A DNA stretch of 47,666 bases, from the NCBI RefSeq assembly GCF_006345805.1, contig NW_021834533.1, positions 1-47,666 on the forward strand, written 5' to 3'. The DNA is from Octopus sinensis. Lineage: Eukaryota. A model generated the notes under the pieces. That model had not been told where the DNA came from and ran no database searches. It was given only the letters and a program-made list of their open reading frames with translations. Both the position numbers and the translations under genes were made by a program. Below, piece after piece: positions 1-13,154 of this stretch. Every line of letters begins with the position of its first letter. Within the stretch, counting starts at the first letter, position 1.

Positions 1-24
1 CGTGATTTCACATTCAACTTTACG

Positions 25-56
<32 letters not shown>

Positions 57-66
57 TGAATGTATG

Positions 67-97
<31 letters not shown>

Positions 98-190
98 GTA
101 TGCATACATACATATATACACACACATATATGCGCGCACCCAAGTGAGTGTGTGTGGATGTGGATGTATGTATGTGCACACATACACACA

Positions 191-355
191 CGTCGCTACG
201 TTCTGAGTTCAAATTCCGCCGTGGTCGAATTTGCCTTTCGTCCTTTCGAGGTCGATAAATAAAGTACCAGTAAAACACTGAGGTCAATGTAATCGACTAG
301 TCCCTTCTCCCAAAATGTCAGACCTTGTGCCTATAGAAGAAAGAATTATAATAAG
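191..355 (+). mobile_element. SINE family B, 5'-truncated, 3' end running into a (GTT)n/(ATT)n array
   Basis: Contains the core ttctgagttcaaattccgccg..gtcga.tttgcctttc.tcctttcg.ggtcgataaa..aagtaccag, which recurs more than 12 times in the window. The 3' end is ccttgtgcctatagaagaaag. Confidence 0.8.
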
Positions 356-402
356 TGTTGCTGCTGTTGTTGTTGTTGTTGTTGTTGTTGTTATTATTAT
401 TA

Positions 403-455
<53 letters not shown>

Positions 456-624
456 TATGTTTGACTTTTGCTTTACATTTGCACGAGCTGGCTCCAAGTC
501 TCACCCAGAGACCTCAAGAGAAAACAAGTTGGAAGTTCATTATTATTATTATTATTATCATTATTATTGTTGTTGTTGTTGTTGATGATGGTTTTGTTGT
601 TGTTGTTGCTGTTGTTGTTATTGT
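356..624. repeat. Compound (GTT)n/(ATT)n triplet microsatellites
   Basis: Direct reading; explains the poly-L/Y/I ORFs at 355-703. Confidence 0.95.
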
Positions 625-845
625 TAAGGTGGCGAGCTGGCAGAATCAGCGCCACATCGGGCAAAATACATTAGCGACATTTCGACCCTCATTTACATTC
701 TGAGTTCAAATTTCACCAAGGCCGATTTTATCTTCATCCTTTTCGAGAACGCTGAAATATGTACCATTTAAGCCCTGGGTCGATGTAACCGACTTCTCCC
801 CTTCCTCTGAAATTACTGTCCTTTAACCAAAGTTCGAAACCAATG
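625..845 (+). mobile_element. SINE family B, diverged near-full copy
   Basis: Head ggtggcgagctggcagaatc, then ttctgagttcaaattt and ctgggtcgatgtaaccgact, as in other B copies. Confidence 0.75.
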
Positions 846-1542
846 TTACAGTTGTTGTTATTGTTGTTGTCTGTGTTGTTGTTCTCTTGCGGTTCTTGTT
901 TATATCAATACTATCATTAATATTTATGCACTTGTTTATACTCTTTTGTCCCAATGCCATCGATTCTTTTCCTTCCACAGGTTTCACATGGCTAAAATAC
1001 GAACATTATACAAATGTGCGCCATTTCAAAATATTCAATATTGTTGATTATTGAATAGACAGGCAAGAAACTTCGAAAATAGTCGACGAAATACGAACCG
1101 TGGACAATTGCGTTACGGCTGGCAGCTCGTCAGTCCCGCTCAAGATTCTGCAGAAGGACAATGGCGTTCATTAAAAGCGAACAATATTATGAAGGCCTTG
1201 CACACGTGACCATCAAAGCTGCGTAACATATTCACAGAGCAACACGTGTTTAAGACCGTACGATAGGTTACTTATAGCTCTTCTTATTTTCTCATTTCAC
1301 TCTCTCTGTCTCTCTGTTTCTCAGTTACTCTCTCTCTCTCTCTGTCTTGCTCTGTCTATTGTCTATGTCTGTCACTCTCCCGCCTATCACCACCTCCCCA
1401 CTACCGTCCCCAGTCAAGCCTTCTCTTCGATTTTCACAATGGCCACTTCACACGTGTTTATGAAAGTCTAAACTCAATTAAGACTGCACGTGTACTACAA
1501 CAGTACGGGTGGAAATATATCAATATACGAACGCACGCACGC

Positions 1543-1543
<1 letters not shown>

Positions 1544-1634
<91 letters not shown>

Positions 1635-1651
1635 GTCTGTCTATCTATCTA
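1544..1651. repeat. (ATCT)n tetranucleotide microsatellite
   Basis: Direct reading. Confidence 0.95.
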
Positions 1652-2064
1652 TAAGGAAAGTGAATAGAGAGGCAAGTTTTGTCTAGCGAATGTTTTAAAA
1701 AAAGATGGTGAATGTAGCAAAGATGGCACGTAATGAATGACGAAGCCACCTTGAGCATAGTCCTATGAACCCAGAAATCGAAAACAGAGAGTTGCTTATT
1801 TGCAAAAAAAAAAAAAAAAAAAGAAATATAAAATGTGACTTCATTGACCGAGGTTACCGTGGTCTTTTCCGCAGGCTTTTCTTTCCACGGGTAACCTCAC
1901 TGTCCTCCCCTTTACACTTCATATTGACATTCTGCTGTATAACGATCCCTATTGATCATTTTTTTTTCCTCTCCCCCCCCTTTTTTTTTTTTTTTTTTTT
2001 TAACCCCCCTTATTTTTGTCCTCTTTCTCTCCTTTTACGATCCCTTTTGATCGAACCTCCCCTT

Positions 2065-2101
<37 letters not shown>

Positions 2102-2173
2102 CCTTCAAAAGAAAAGCTCTACCTTGTAATTTGTTCTATCTGTGTGCAGCCCTGTGTGGCTAATAAAGAAACA

Positions 2174-2207
2174 TATCTATCTATCTGTCTGTCTGTCTCT
2201 CTGTCTG

Positions 2208-2270
<63 letters not shown>

Positions 2271-2307
2271 GTCTGTCTGTCGGTCTGTCTGTCTATCTAT
2301 CTATCTA

Positions 2308-2338
<31 letters not shown>

Positions 2339-2399
2339 GTATGTCTGTCTGTCTGACTGTCTGTCTATCAGTCTGACTGTCTGTCTATCAGTCTGTCTG

Positions 2400-2436
<37 letters not shown>

Positions 2437-2550
2437 ATCTATCTATCTATACTCTATCTATCTGCTATGCTCTCCCTCTTTTCTGTCTCTCTCTCTCTCT
2501 CTCTCTGCTCTCTCTCTCTCTCTCTCTCTCTATGTGTATGTGTGTGTGTG
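2174..2550. repeat. Compound (ATCT)n/(GTCT)n/(CT)n/(GT)n microsatellite
   Basis: Direct reading; source of the LSIY ORFs. Confidence 0.95.
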
Positions 2551-2656
2551 GATAGATAGCAAGCTACCGATGTAGTAACATATCAGGCTGAGTAAAAAGT
2601 AAGCAACGTTTTGATACATGAAATTCATCACAATATATTTCAACAATCCAGAAATT

Positions 2657-3649
2657 TTATTCATCAAACTAAGTACCATTAAAATCAACACGTTTTTGCC
2701 AACGAGTTACAAGTTTGCTTATTCCAGTAACATAAAAATCTGGAGTTCTGAAGCTGATGAACTCTTTGAATGCACTTTCAGCATCGATTTGATTTTTGAA
2801 CTCCTTCTCTTGCAGGAAACCATCAATGTGCTTCAAAGTTGTAGTCGATAGGAGAAAGGTCTGGGAAATAAGCTGAGTGGAGAAAAATTTCGTAACCAAG
2901 TTCTCTCAACTTCTGGAGCATTATTAATGAAACGTGTGGTCGAGCATTGGCCCTCTTCTGTCGACCAGTCTGGGACGGGGGAGTAGCAGTTTTTCATTCA
3001 GTTTGGCAATTTCATGGCAATATCTTTCTGCAGTAATGGTTTTTCCAGGTTTTAGGAAGTTGTAGTGGTTGAGTCCAGCAGTACACCACCAAACATAACC
3101 TCCTTTTTGAAGAAGTTGGGTTTAGGGAAGGTTTGCGGTGCTTAATTTTGGTCCAGCCACTGTGAAGAACGTTTTCTTATTATTGTACATAATCCACTCT
3201 TTATCGCAAGTTACTATACGGTCGAGAAATGGCTCAGTCTTGTTATGGAGAAGAAGCGACGAGCAAACTTCATATCTGCGCATTTTCTGATTTTCATTCA
3301 AATCGTGTGGTACACATTTGATTTTCCGATCGCATGCAAATCATTGCAGGCAGTCTTGTTGCTAACTTGAAGTTCTTTTCCTAGTTCTAGAGTGGTTTTA
3401 CGCGGACCTTTCTCAATGATGGCCTTTAAATGACTGTCATCGGTGACAGATGGGCGTCCACTATGCTCACAATCATTAAGGTTCAGACCTCCACTGCGAA
3501 ATCGTTTAAACCATTTTCGATCTCGCCACTCACTGGTCATTTTCTCATCAAACGTTTCGCTGATATCGCAAGCAGTTTCAGCTGCTTTACGAACATTTTT
3601 GAAGAGTGAATAACAAAATTGCTCGAATATCGCGCTTTGACAGTTCCAT
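2657..3649 (-). pseudogene. Mariner transposase pseudogene (frameshifts and stops)
   Basis: Frame-jumping translation gives MELSKRDIRAILLF / KAAETACDISETF..WFKRFRSGGLNLNDCEHSGRP (HTH region), NENQKMRRYEVCSSLLLHNKTEPFLDRIVTCD (first catalytic D), HSAYFPDLSPIDY (YSPDL-like motif) and GISKLVTRWQKRVDFNGT*FDE*. Confidence 0.9.
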
Positions 3650-3685
3650 TTCAGATGATTGCAAGAATAGTGAAAAAGCATACTC

Positions 3686-4093
3686 TCTTTTACTCTTTTA
3701 TTTGTTTCAGTCATTTGACTGCGGCCATGCTGGAGCACCGCCTTTAGTCGAGCAAATCGACCCCGGGACTTATTCTTTGTAAGCCCAGTACTTATTCTAT
3801 CGGTCTCTTTTGCCGAACCGCTAAGTGACGGGGACGTAAACACGCCAGCATCGGTTGTCAAGCAATGCTAGGGGGGACAAACACAGACACACAAACATAT
3901 ACACACATATACATATATATATACATATATACGACAGGCTTCTTTCAGTTTCCGTCTACCAAATCCACTCACAAGGCTTTGGTCGGCCCGAGGCTATAGC
4001 AGAAGACACTTGCCCAAGATGCCACACAGTGGGACTGAATCCGGAACCATGTGGTTGGTAGACAGGCTACTTTCCACACAGCCACTCCTGCGC
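3686..4093 (-). mobile_element. SINE family A inserted in the mariner 5' UTR
   Basis: Reverse complement reads gcgcaggagtggctgtgtgg..ggttccggattcagtccc (tRNA-like head), an internal TA/TG tract, and a 3' end gactgaaacaaataaaagagtaaaagag. It matches the copies at 10.9, 13.8, 22.4, 28.1 and 32.4 kb. Confidence 0.9.
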
Positions 4094-4513
4094 TGATGCA
4101 TTTGGGCAAGTCTACGTCTGTATTATCTGACAACTACAAAGAAAGCTTTAAAAAGAAATTCAAAACTCTGAAAAAATCCGATGCAATTTCTTCATGGTTC
4201 AAAACGTTGCTTACTTTCTACTCAACCTGATAGATAGATTGATAGACACAAAATACAAACATTGATAAACTTGCAATGCGTAACACTTCTGCGACCGTAG
4301 GAACTATTGCCCTTAATTGCTCAACATATTTTACATCTATCGGTCAGTCAGTTTGTGTATAGATTCTGTGTTTATGTGTTATATGAATGTCTATAAATAA
4401 CCCTAAATACTCCTAATATTTGCTTTCATTACGACCATTATTTTAAAGGATCTTCAAGCAAAAGGCACTCATCTCTCGTTTTCACTCTCGGGCTTTTTGT
4501 CTCCCTCCCTATC

Positions 4514-4544
<31 letters not shown>

Positions 4545-5225
4545 GTCTCTGTTTACTTTGCCAGTTAGCTCTCTTTATGTTTCTTATTCACACTTCTGTA
4601 TCAGTTCGACCTTCATACCACTATCTCACAACCATCACGAGGTAACACCCTCCTCCCTCCCTACTTTTCTACTCTCTCTCTCTCTCGATCATTTCTCTCC
4701 CACTCCTCGTCTTCACCCTCACATTGATTCCTTCCTCTTCTCTATAATAGATAAAGCTTCTAGAGGGATTTTCTTTTCATCACCTTTGTCGAGCAATTTA
4801 CCAAGTTATTCACAGCCCTTATGAGATCTTTGTTAGCCTGTGGACTATAACATCGTTCGTTTCTGCGTTGTTTTCCGGTTTGGCCGATTTTGAATCTCTC
4901 ACTCTGTGACTAATTGTTAGTGTTTTGGTGAGATGTCCATATTTCGTCACACTGAAGATTTGCTTGCATAGAAACAAAAACTATGAATGGAAGAGGGTAA
5001 AACACTCGTCAGGTTTTATACTCTCTCGCTCTCTCTTTCATCTCCCAACCTTTACCTTCGCTCTCTTATTGATTTCTTTCACTTTGTCCCCATTTTCATT
5101 CAGCCCCTTCCTGCAATTCTTTTCGCGCATTCTCTAACTTGTCTTTCTACGACTCATACAGAAAAGCAGGATAAGTATTTTGCAGCCGCCACATTCGTAT
5201 TAGACATTCGTTAGTCGGCGCCAAC

Positions 5226-5288
5226 GACGGTGATGATTTTGATGATGATGATGGCGATGATGATGATGATGATGATGGCGATGGCGAC

Positions 5289-5327
<39 letters not shown>

Positions 5328-5429
5328 AATGATGGCGATGACGATGACGACGACGATGATGATGAAGATAATGACGAAGACGATGACGATGGTGGTGATG
5401 ATGTCGATGATGATGATGATTTTGATGAC

Positions 5430-5485
<56 letters not shown>

Positions 5486-5600
5486 CGATGATGGTGATAG
5501 TGGTGATAATGACGATAATGGTGATGATAATGACGGCGACGGTAGTTGTGCTCATGGCGATGGTGATGGCGATGATGACTGCTATGATAATGATTAAAGC
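5226..5600. repeat. Degenerate (GAT/GAC)n triplet low-complexity tract
   Basis: Direct reading. Confidence 0.9.
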
Positions 5601-5957
5601 AGTGATAGTCAGTGTGGTAGTGATGGTGGTGGCAAAGCCGGTACTTTGTTAAGGTAGCGGGATAGATAGGGATTTCTAGCGATGCTAATGTCTGCGGTGT
5701 GGTGATGGTATGGTGGGTGTGGTGATGGTATGGTGTTGGAAGTCCACAACGTATCCATATACACGAGTCTTATACACTATTTTGATACGAGGCTAGAAGC
5801 ACCAATGCCAATGTAATTACAATGGCCGACTCGCTTTCCTCGTCCAGTTCCGTCAAACATGCAAATGACTGTTGACTTTTCTATATTTCTTCTTCGAGAG
5901 AATTCACGATCCCTAAATGGTTATTAGGAAGAGATATGGACATGTAAATATGTATAT

Positions 5958-5962
5958 GCCTA

Positions 5963-6025
<63 letters not shown>

Positions 6026-6071
6026 GTATCTATCTATCTATCTAATCTATCTATCTATCTATCTATCTATC

Positions 6072-6141
<70 letters not shown>

Positions 6142-6185
6142 ATACATATATTTATAATTGCATATATATATATGCATATATAATG

Positions 6186-6221
<36 letters not shown>

Positions 6222-6320
6222 TATAAATATATGTATATATGTATATAATATATATATATATATATATACACACACCACACACAACACACACACGCACACA
6301 CACACATATATATATATATA
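5958..6320. repeat. (ATCT)n + (AT)n + (AC)n compound microsatellite
   Basis: Direct reading. Confidence 0.95.
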
Positions 6321-6619
6321 TGAAGCTACTAGATGCTAACTATCTTTTAATTGACTACAAATATTCAAATGTGATATCCAGATATTTATGCAAGACAAAG
6401 AATAAGAACAAGAAGAAGATATTGATAGAGGAAGAAAGAAGAGGTTAGCTTAAGGTTAATATCACGTCCGAATACGAAACGATTTAATATAGTTAGATTG
6501 GCTTCGTATTGTCTAGGTTGGAGTATTGTAAGTGGGGAGGGAGTCTGGCTCCGGAGATTAATAGACTTAACATATGGTTCTTAAATACAGTCACATAGCG
6601 TTGCATATACATCCATTGC

Positions 6620-7059
6620 TACAAGAGACACGCACATACACACAACCACACACGCACGTAAACGCGCACCCCCCACATACACAAACAGATACACACACAC
6701 ACGAGTGTGTGTGTCTGTATATATGAATGTATATACATTTATATACAGATGTATATGTATATATATATATATATGTATAAGAACATGTATATCTCGCTAT
6801 CTCTCTTAATATATATACATATATATATATACATATATATATATATACATATATATACATATATATATATATATGTATATGTATATCTATATCTATATAT
6901 ATGTATGTATATATACACATAGACACATACACGTGTGTGTGTCTGTATATATGCATGTATGTATGCATGTATATACATACACCAATATATATATATTTAT
7001 ATATATATAATATATATATATATATGTGAACATGAATCTCTCTCTCTCCCCCCTCTCTT

Positions 7060-7097
<38 letters not shown>

Positions 7098-7482
7098 CAT
7101 GTATATATGTATATGCATATATATATATATATATAAATATTTGAATATTTGACACAAGTATGTGTGTGCATGTATGAGTGTGTGTATGTATGAGTGTGTG
7201 TGTGTGTGTTGAGATAAAGAAAATTAGTCGTAAGCGAGTTCATGTATACATAATATTCCAACGCATGCTTATTTTTAACTAATACGCACTTTAGAACATA
7301 TGCATGCACATACAACATAGGCATGTAAGTGTATGTGTGCGTATGTTGTATTTGTGTGTGTGTGAGTGTGTTTGTGTGTGTGAAAGAGAGAGAAGGCGGG
7401 CGAGAGAGAAGAATGAGTATGTGTGTGTAAATATATTAATATATAATATTATATATATATTATATATATATATATATATATC

Positions 7483-7516
<34 letters not shown>

Positions 7517-7798
7517 ATATATTATATACATATATGTATGCCAAACAGAGAATTGGAGCCTGGTACAGCTCTCCGGTTTTGCCAGTTCCTCTCAAGCCGT
7601 CTAACCCATGCAAGCATCGAAAACGGACGTTAAATTACGATAATGATGATGATGATGATGATGCTGTAAGTACATGCGAAGGTGCAACAATCCATCTATA
7701 CATCAATCTATTCGTTCATACGTACAACCATATATATATATATACATACATACCTATATATATATATACGCACGCATATATATACATACATACACATG

Positions 7799-7831
<33 letters not shown>

Positions 7832-8035
7832 CCATCCCGGCAGCTATCCATACATACATACATCTATACATTCATCCACCAATGCATCCATACTTCTCCC
7901 CATCATGCATACATGCACACTCACTCATTTGTACTTTCATTCATACACACTAATATACATACATAATACATACATACATACATACATACACACATACATA
8001 CATACACATACAAACATACATACATACATACAACC
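6620..8035. repeat. Extended (AT)n/(AC)n/(CT)n/(ATAC)n mosaic
   Basis: Direct reading; all ORFs here are YI/HT/CV repeats. Confidence 0.85.
7548..7663 (+). mobile_element. 3' end of an RTE-type LINE or LINE-tailed SINE with (GAT)n tail
   Basis: ccgtctaacccatgcaagcatcgaaaacggacgttaaa followed by (GAT)n resembles, from recall, RTE-clade 3' termini. Confidence 0.55.
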
Positions 8036-8269
8036 CCCCCTCCCGCCCCAAGGATCGATATGAAGTAAGTTAATCTCAGCTTAATCGCGTGAGTCACTAG
8101 TCTTAAACGAGAAATATTTAGTAAAGTCAATATGGCAGAAAGCAGAATTTGTAATGAAGTGAAATATAATATTATTTCATTAATACGATGATTGTACCGT
8201 GAGATAAATTCTGCCGTTGGCTTTCATACGAAGTTTCCTTCGCAGAGTTTATAACGTTGGGTGAGATTT

Positions 8270-8915
8270 TCATGATGGCTGGTGTTGTTGTTGTTGTTGC
8301 TGTTGTTGTGTCTGTCTTTGTTGTTGTTGTTGCTGCTGCTGCTGTAGCTACGGTGTTCGGTGATCGTGTCGGTTTGGCAACGGTGGTTGTTGATGCTTTT
8401 GATGATGATATAAAAATGATGACTATGATGTTGTTGTTGTTGTTGTTGTTGATGATGATGATGATGATGATGGTAGTGCTGGTGCTGGTGGTGGTAGTGG
8501 TGGTGGTTGGTGGTGATGATGATGATGATAGTGATGATGATAGTGATGATGATAGTAATGATAGTGATGATGATGATGGTAGTGCTGGTGGTGGTGGTGG
8601 TGATGGTGGTAGTGATGGTGGTGGTGGTGGTGGTGATGATGATAGTGATGATGATAATGATGATGATAGTAATGATAGTGATGATGATGATGGTAGTGCT
8701 GGTGGTGGTGGTGATGGTGGTAGTGATGGTGGTGGTGGTAGTGGTGGTGGTGGTGGTGATGATGACGATAATGATGATGATGATGGTAGTTGTGGTGGTG
8801 GTGCTGGTGGTAGTGATAGAATTGGAAGTGGTTGGTGGTGGTGATGATGGTGGTCGTTAGTGTTGGTGGTGGTGTTGGCTATGATATTACTGATGCTTAA
8901 CGGTGGTGGTGTTGA
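8270..8915. repeat. GGT/GAT/GTT triplet low-complexity tract with an internal duplication of about 130 bp
   Basis: The block gatgatagtaatgatagtgatgatgatgatggtagtgctggtggtggt occurs near 8548 and again near 8660. Confidence 0.85.
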
Positions 8916-8932
8916 CATTTTAAATAGTACTT

Positions 8933-9830
8933 AAGGTGGCAAGCTAGCAGAATCGTTAGCGCGCCGAACAAAATGCTTAGCGGCATTTCGCCCGTCTTTA
9001 CGTACTGAGTTCAAATTCCATCGAGATTGACTTTGCTTTTTATCCCACGGGGTCGATAAAACAAATGCCAGTCAAATACTGCGGTCGATGTCATCGATTT
9101 ACCTCGTCCCCAGAACTTGCTGGCCTTGTGCCAAAATATAAGCCATCATCATCGCCATCATCATTATCATCACCACCACCACCACCACCACCACCACCAC
9201 CACCACCATCACCACTACCACCATCACCACCATCACAACCACCACCACCACCATCACCACCACCATCACCACCATCATCATCATCAGCACCACCACCACC
9301 ATGACCACCATGACCACCACACCACCACCACCACACCACCACCATCACCATCACCACCACCATCACCACCATCACTACCATCACCACCATTCATTCTTTA
9401 GCACGTCGGGCGAAATGCGTAGCCGTATTTCGTCTGCCATTACGTTCTGAGTTCAAATTCAGCCGAGGTCGACTTTGCCTTTCATCCTTTCGGGTCGATT
9501 AAATAAGTACCAGTTACGCACTGGGATCAATGTAATCAACTTTATCCCTTTGTCTGTCCTTGTTTGTCCCCTCTATATTTAGCCCCTTGTGGGCAATAAA
9601 GAAATAAGAATCGTTAGCACACCGGGCAAAATGAATTGGTAGAATTGGTAGTGGTGGTGGTTTTTGATGGTCGTTAGTGTTGGTGGTAATGGTGGCTTTA
9701 TTACTGATGCTAACGATGGTGGTGTTGACATTTTAAACAGTACTTAAGGTGGCAAGCTAGCAGAATCGTTAGCGCGCCGAACAAAATGCTTAGCGGCATT
9801 TCGTCCGTCTTTATGCTCAGCACTTCGCTC
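8933..9830 (+). mobile_element. Cluster of SINE family B pieces (about 8933-9140, 9398-9610, 9745-9830) separated by (CAC/CAT)n and GGT tracts
   Basis: Repeated aaggtggcaagctagcagaatcgttagc heads and gagttcaaatt..ggtcga..tttgc cores. Confidence 0.8.
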
Positions 9831-10894
9831 GACGTACTAACGTTTCTGCCAGCTCGCCGCCTTATACATACATACATACTATATATATATATATATATAT
9901 ATATATTAACATTTGCTATTACCAACATCCCAACCGCCACTACAACAACAACTACTAATACTACTAGTACTATTACTAAATATATTGTGAACTCGATATG
10001 AATATGTTATTGTATATCTATTTGTTTCTACCTCTATACATGTATCTTTCCATCTCTGTCTGACTCTCTCTCCCACCTTTCTCCCTCGCTTTGTTTCTCG
10101 TTTTCTCTCTTTCTGTATGTGTGTGCAATCAAAATATTGGTGAAGGACTTGTACGTCAATTAACGGAAATAAAAACAAATATAGATGAACTCATTTCATC
10201 AGCCAACGTTTTTATTAGGAGTCATTACGATTTCGGCGCTGGAAGAAGTTGATATCTTCCGTCTAGAAAGCGCCAGAGTAATAACAACACAAAGCGACGC
10301 GGAGTCTCACAACTGAAAATGCACATGAAAGACATACGACTCGTACGAAGAAACAAGAACAGATATAGAAAATCAACAAAGGTGTCGTTGGACTTGTGAT
10401 AGAAGTAAACAAGGAGGATGCGAGCTTAGATGGACATTAGAAAAAACACTATCGTTTCAATACGACAGGAAAGAGAAACATTTGACGCGTGTGCTCAGAG
10501 CAAAGATCGCTCGACAAAACGATGATAGAAAGGAGTGGTGGAGAACAATACGAGCAGACGACATGAAAGGAGGGTGTGTGAAATGCAGGGTGGGAGAGAG
10601 AAGATAAGATAGAGCTAGGGAAAGGGAAAGATAGATGAGTCACAGTGATAGAAACAAATCCGTTACTATGAAAAGTAAGAATGTGTACGCTTAAAAATAT
10701 ATCTGTCTATCTTTCTATCGATCTTTCTGCCTCTTTGTCTGCTTGTCTGTATGTCTGTACACACGCTCGCGCGCACTCACGACTTTAGATGTACATACAT
10801 TCATATACATACCTATGTAAATATATATATGTGTGTGTTTGTTTTGTTTGTGCATGTGTCTCTGTGTACGTGTATATATATATATATATATGTG

Positions 10895-11053
10895 TGTGTG
10901 GTAAGTAGCTTGCTTACAAATCACATGGTTCCGGGTTCAGTCCCACTGCATGGCACCTCTTCTACTATAGCCTCAGGTCGATCAAAGCCTTGTGAGTGGG
11001 TTTGGTAGAGGGAAACTGAAAGAAGCCCGTCGTATATATGTATATGTATATAT

Positions 11054-11087
<34 letters not shown>

Positions 11088-11285
11088 TTGTCCCCCCCAA
11101 CATCGCTTGACAACCGATGTTGGCGTGTTTACGTCACCGTAACTTAGCGGTTCGGCAAAAGACACCGATAGAATAAGTACTAGGCTTACAAAGAATAAGT
11201 CCTGGGGTCGATTTGCTCGACTAAAGGCGGTGCTCCAGCATGGCTACAGTCAAATGACTGAAACAAGTAAAAGAGTAAAAGAGAA
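10895..11285 (+). mobile_element. SINE family A
   Basis: tgtggtaagtagcttgcttac..ggttccgggttcagtcccactg.. through gactgaaacaagtaaaagagtaaaagag. It lacks the gggcaagtg segment seen in other copies. Confidence 0.9.
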
Positions 11286-11369
11286 AGAGTATACATATAT
11301 ATATACATACGTACACAGAGATATGTGTGTGTTTGCGTACGTGCGTGTTTGTAGATATATGTAGGCATG

Positions 11370-11389
11370 TTCATCTATCTATCTATCTA

Positions 11390-11446
<57 letters not shown>

Positions 11447-11600
11447 GACCCTTTGTCCATTCATTCTCTCTCTCTCACTCTCTCACTCATTCTCTGTCTC
11501 TGTCTATCAGTCTGTCCGTCTCTGTCTCTGTCTGTCTCTGCCTGTCTGTCTCTCTCTTGCCTTCTCACTCCTTCAGTCTCTCTCTATCTCTCTGTCTCCG
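11370..11600. repeat. (ATCT)n/(CT)n/(GTCT)n microsatellite
   Basis: Direct reading. Confidence 0.9.
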
Positions 11601-12334
11601 CTCAATAATTCTACACATCTTCACGTCTATACACCAGCATTTGACATTGAAAGATGTCGTCTGCTTTTCTTACTCCATCTATCTTTATCGTCTGCCATTG
11701 AGTCAGTCAATCAGCCTATAACCAACCAGTCAAGTCTTTAACGTCTGCCTGTCTGATCTGCGCTGATCTTTGTTTTCACTTCCAATGGTCTCTAATTGCT
11801 TCCACGTCAGTAAGTGATAAAATATTGATTGACTTAATACCTTAAGCATTGACAAATCCAATCATTAAGAGCGAACTATTTAAACAATATTCTATTAGCA
11901 CTTGCTTTAAGACGTACTTCTAAATCGATCTCTCTGATTTCCTAGTAATTTTTGTATACTTTTATTTGTATTTTTCTTCTTTTTATTTTTACTTTTTGTC
12001 GTTACGAATTTTCTCATTGTATTTTTTTTCCTTTTACCGTTTTTACTTGTTTGATGTTTTTTTTTTGCTGTTTTGCGTTTTTTTGTCTTTGTTTTATTAA
12101 TCCTTTTTCTTTTTGGTTTTCTTAATCTATTATTTTGTTTTGTATAAACAGTTTCTTTCTTCGCTTCTCTGTTGCGGCTCTTAAAATACGTATATTGATA
12201 GATAATGTATGGATTGCGTCTACTTCTGTACAAGTGTGTGTATATATATATATGTCTATATTTGTGAGTATGTATAAATATACACATGCATGTATACAAA
12301 TACTACGATAATAAACAGACAACGATACATAGGC

Positions 12335-12471
12335 TTATGCATATATGCATGCATACATACATACATTCACACATACATATTTACATATATATATATATAC
12401 ATATATACATATATATGTATATATATGTATATATAAATACATATATGTATATGTATATATATTTATATATA

Positions 12472-12531
<60 letters not shown>

Positions 12532-12775
12532 GTATGTGTGTGTGTATGTGCGTGACTAGATATATATGTTGGTATATATGCGTGTGTGTATGTATGCATG
12601 TATATACACATACAAGTAGATATATAAGATATCACCACAACAGTAGGAGTGACTGTGATTATCATTTAAAAACCAATGATGATGAAACGAAACGAGACAG
12701 ACACACACACGCACACACACACACACACACACACAAGTATACGTATATATATACATATATATATGTAGACAGACC
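12335..12775. repeat. (AT)n/(AC)n/(GT)n mosaic
   Basis: Direct reading. Confidence 0.9.
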
Positions 12776-13154
12776 ACAGACATATAAACACACGAGACGC
12801 AGTTAAGTGAAAGCAATAGCGAGAGACTCAACAATAGCAATGAATAGGCACGACATTACAAAAGAATAAATAAATAAATAACGAGATAAACAGATAAATA
12901 AATAAACAAGCAAGGACCACAATAAACAACAATAGCAACAAAAAAAACGATAACAACAATAAACAACAACAACAACAACGATGACAATAATAAACAACAA
13001 CTATAGCAACGAGAGAGACTCGAACCGGGATGCGCAGAATTGATCCTCCCAATGGCTCTGTGGTTAAGTTGTTCGATTTGCAGTTGATCTATAGGAAGTT
13101 CGAGTCTGGTTCTCAGTTTCGTGACCTACGAGGTGCATTCCAGAAGATATGAAA

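Larger units (their letters stand above)
2583..4230 (-). mobile_element. Full-length mariner (Tc1/mariner) DNA transposon, about 1.25 kb after removing a nested SINE
   Basis: Left TIR tcaggctgagtaaaaagtaagcaacgttttga (2583-2614) and right TIR tcaaaacgttgcttactttctactcaacctga (4199-4230) are 30/32 identical as inverted repeats. TA lies outside both ends (2581-82, 4231-32). A transposase remnant lies inside. Confidence 0.93.

Noticed and set aside
3298-3861. 187-aa ORF taken as a single gene
   Set aside because: Chimeric: the first part is SINE A sequence read through into a frameshifted mariner N-terminus.
8226-8247. 15-nt microexon candidate (cag|agtttataacgttgg|gtgaga)
   Set aside because: Plausible splice signals but no flanking gene or other evidence.
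8172-8918. Pro/Ser-rich and Gly/Asp-rich ORFs on both strands
   Set aside because: Translations of GGT/GAT triplet low-complexity DNA.
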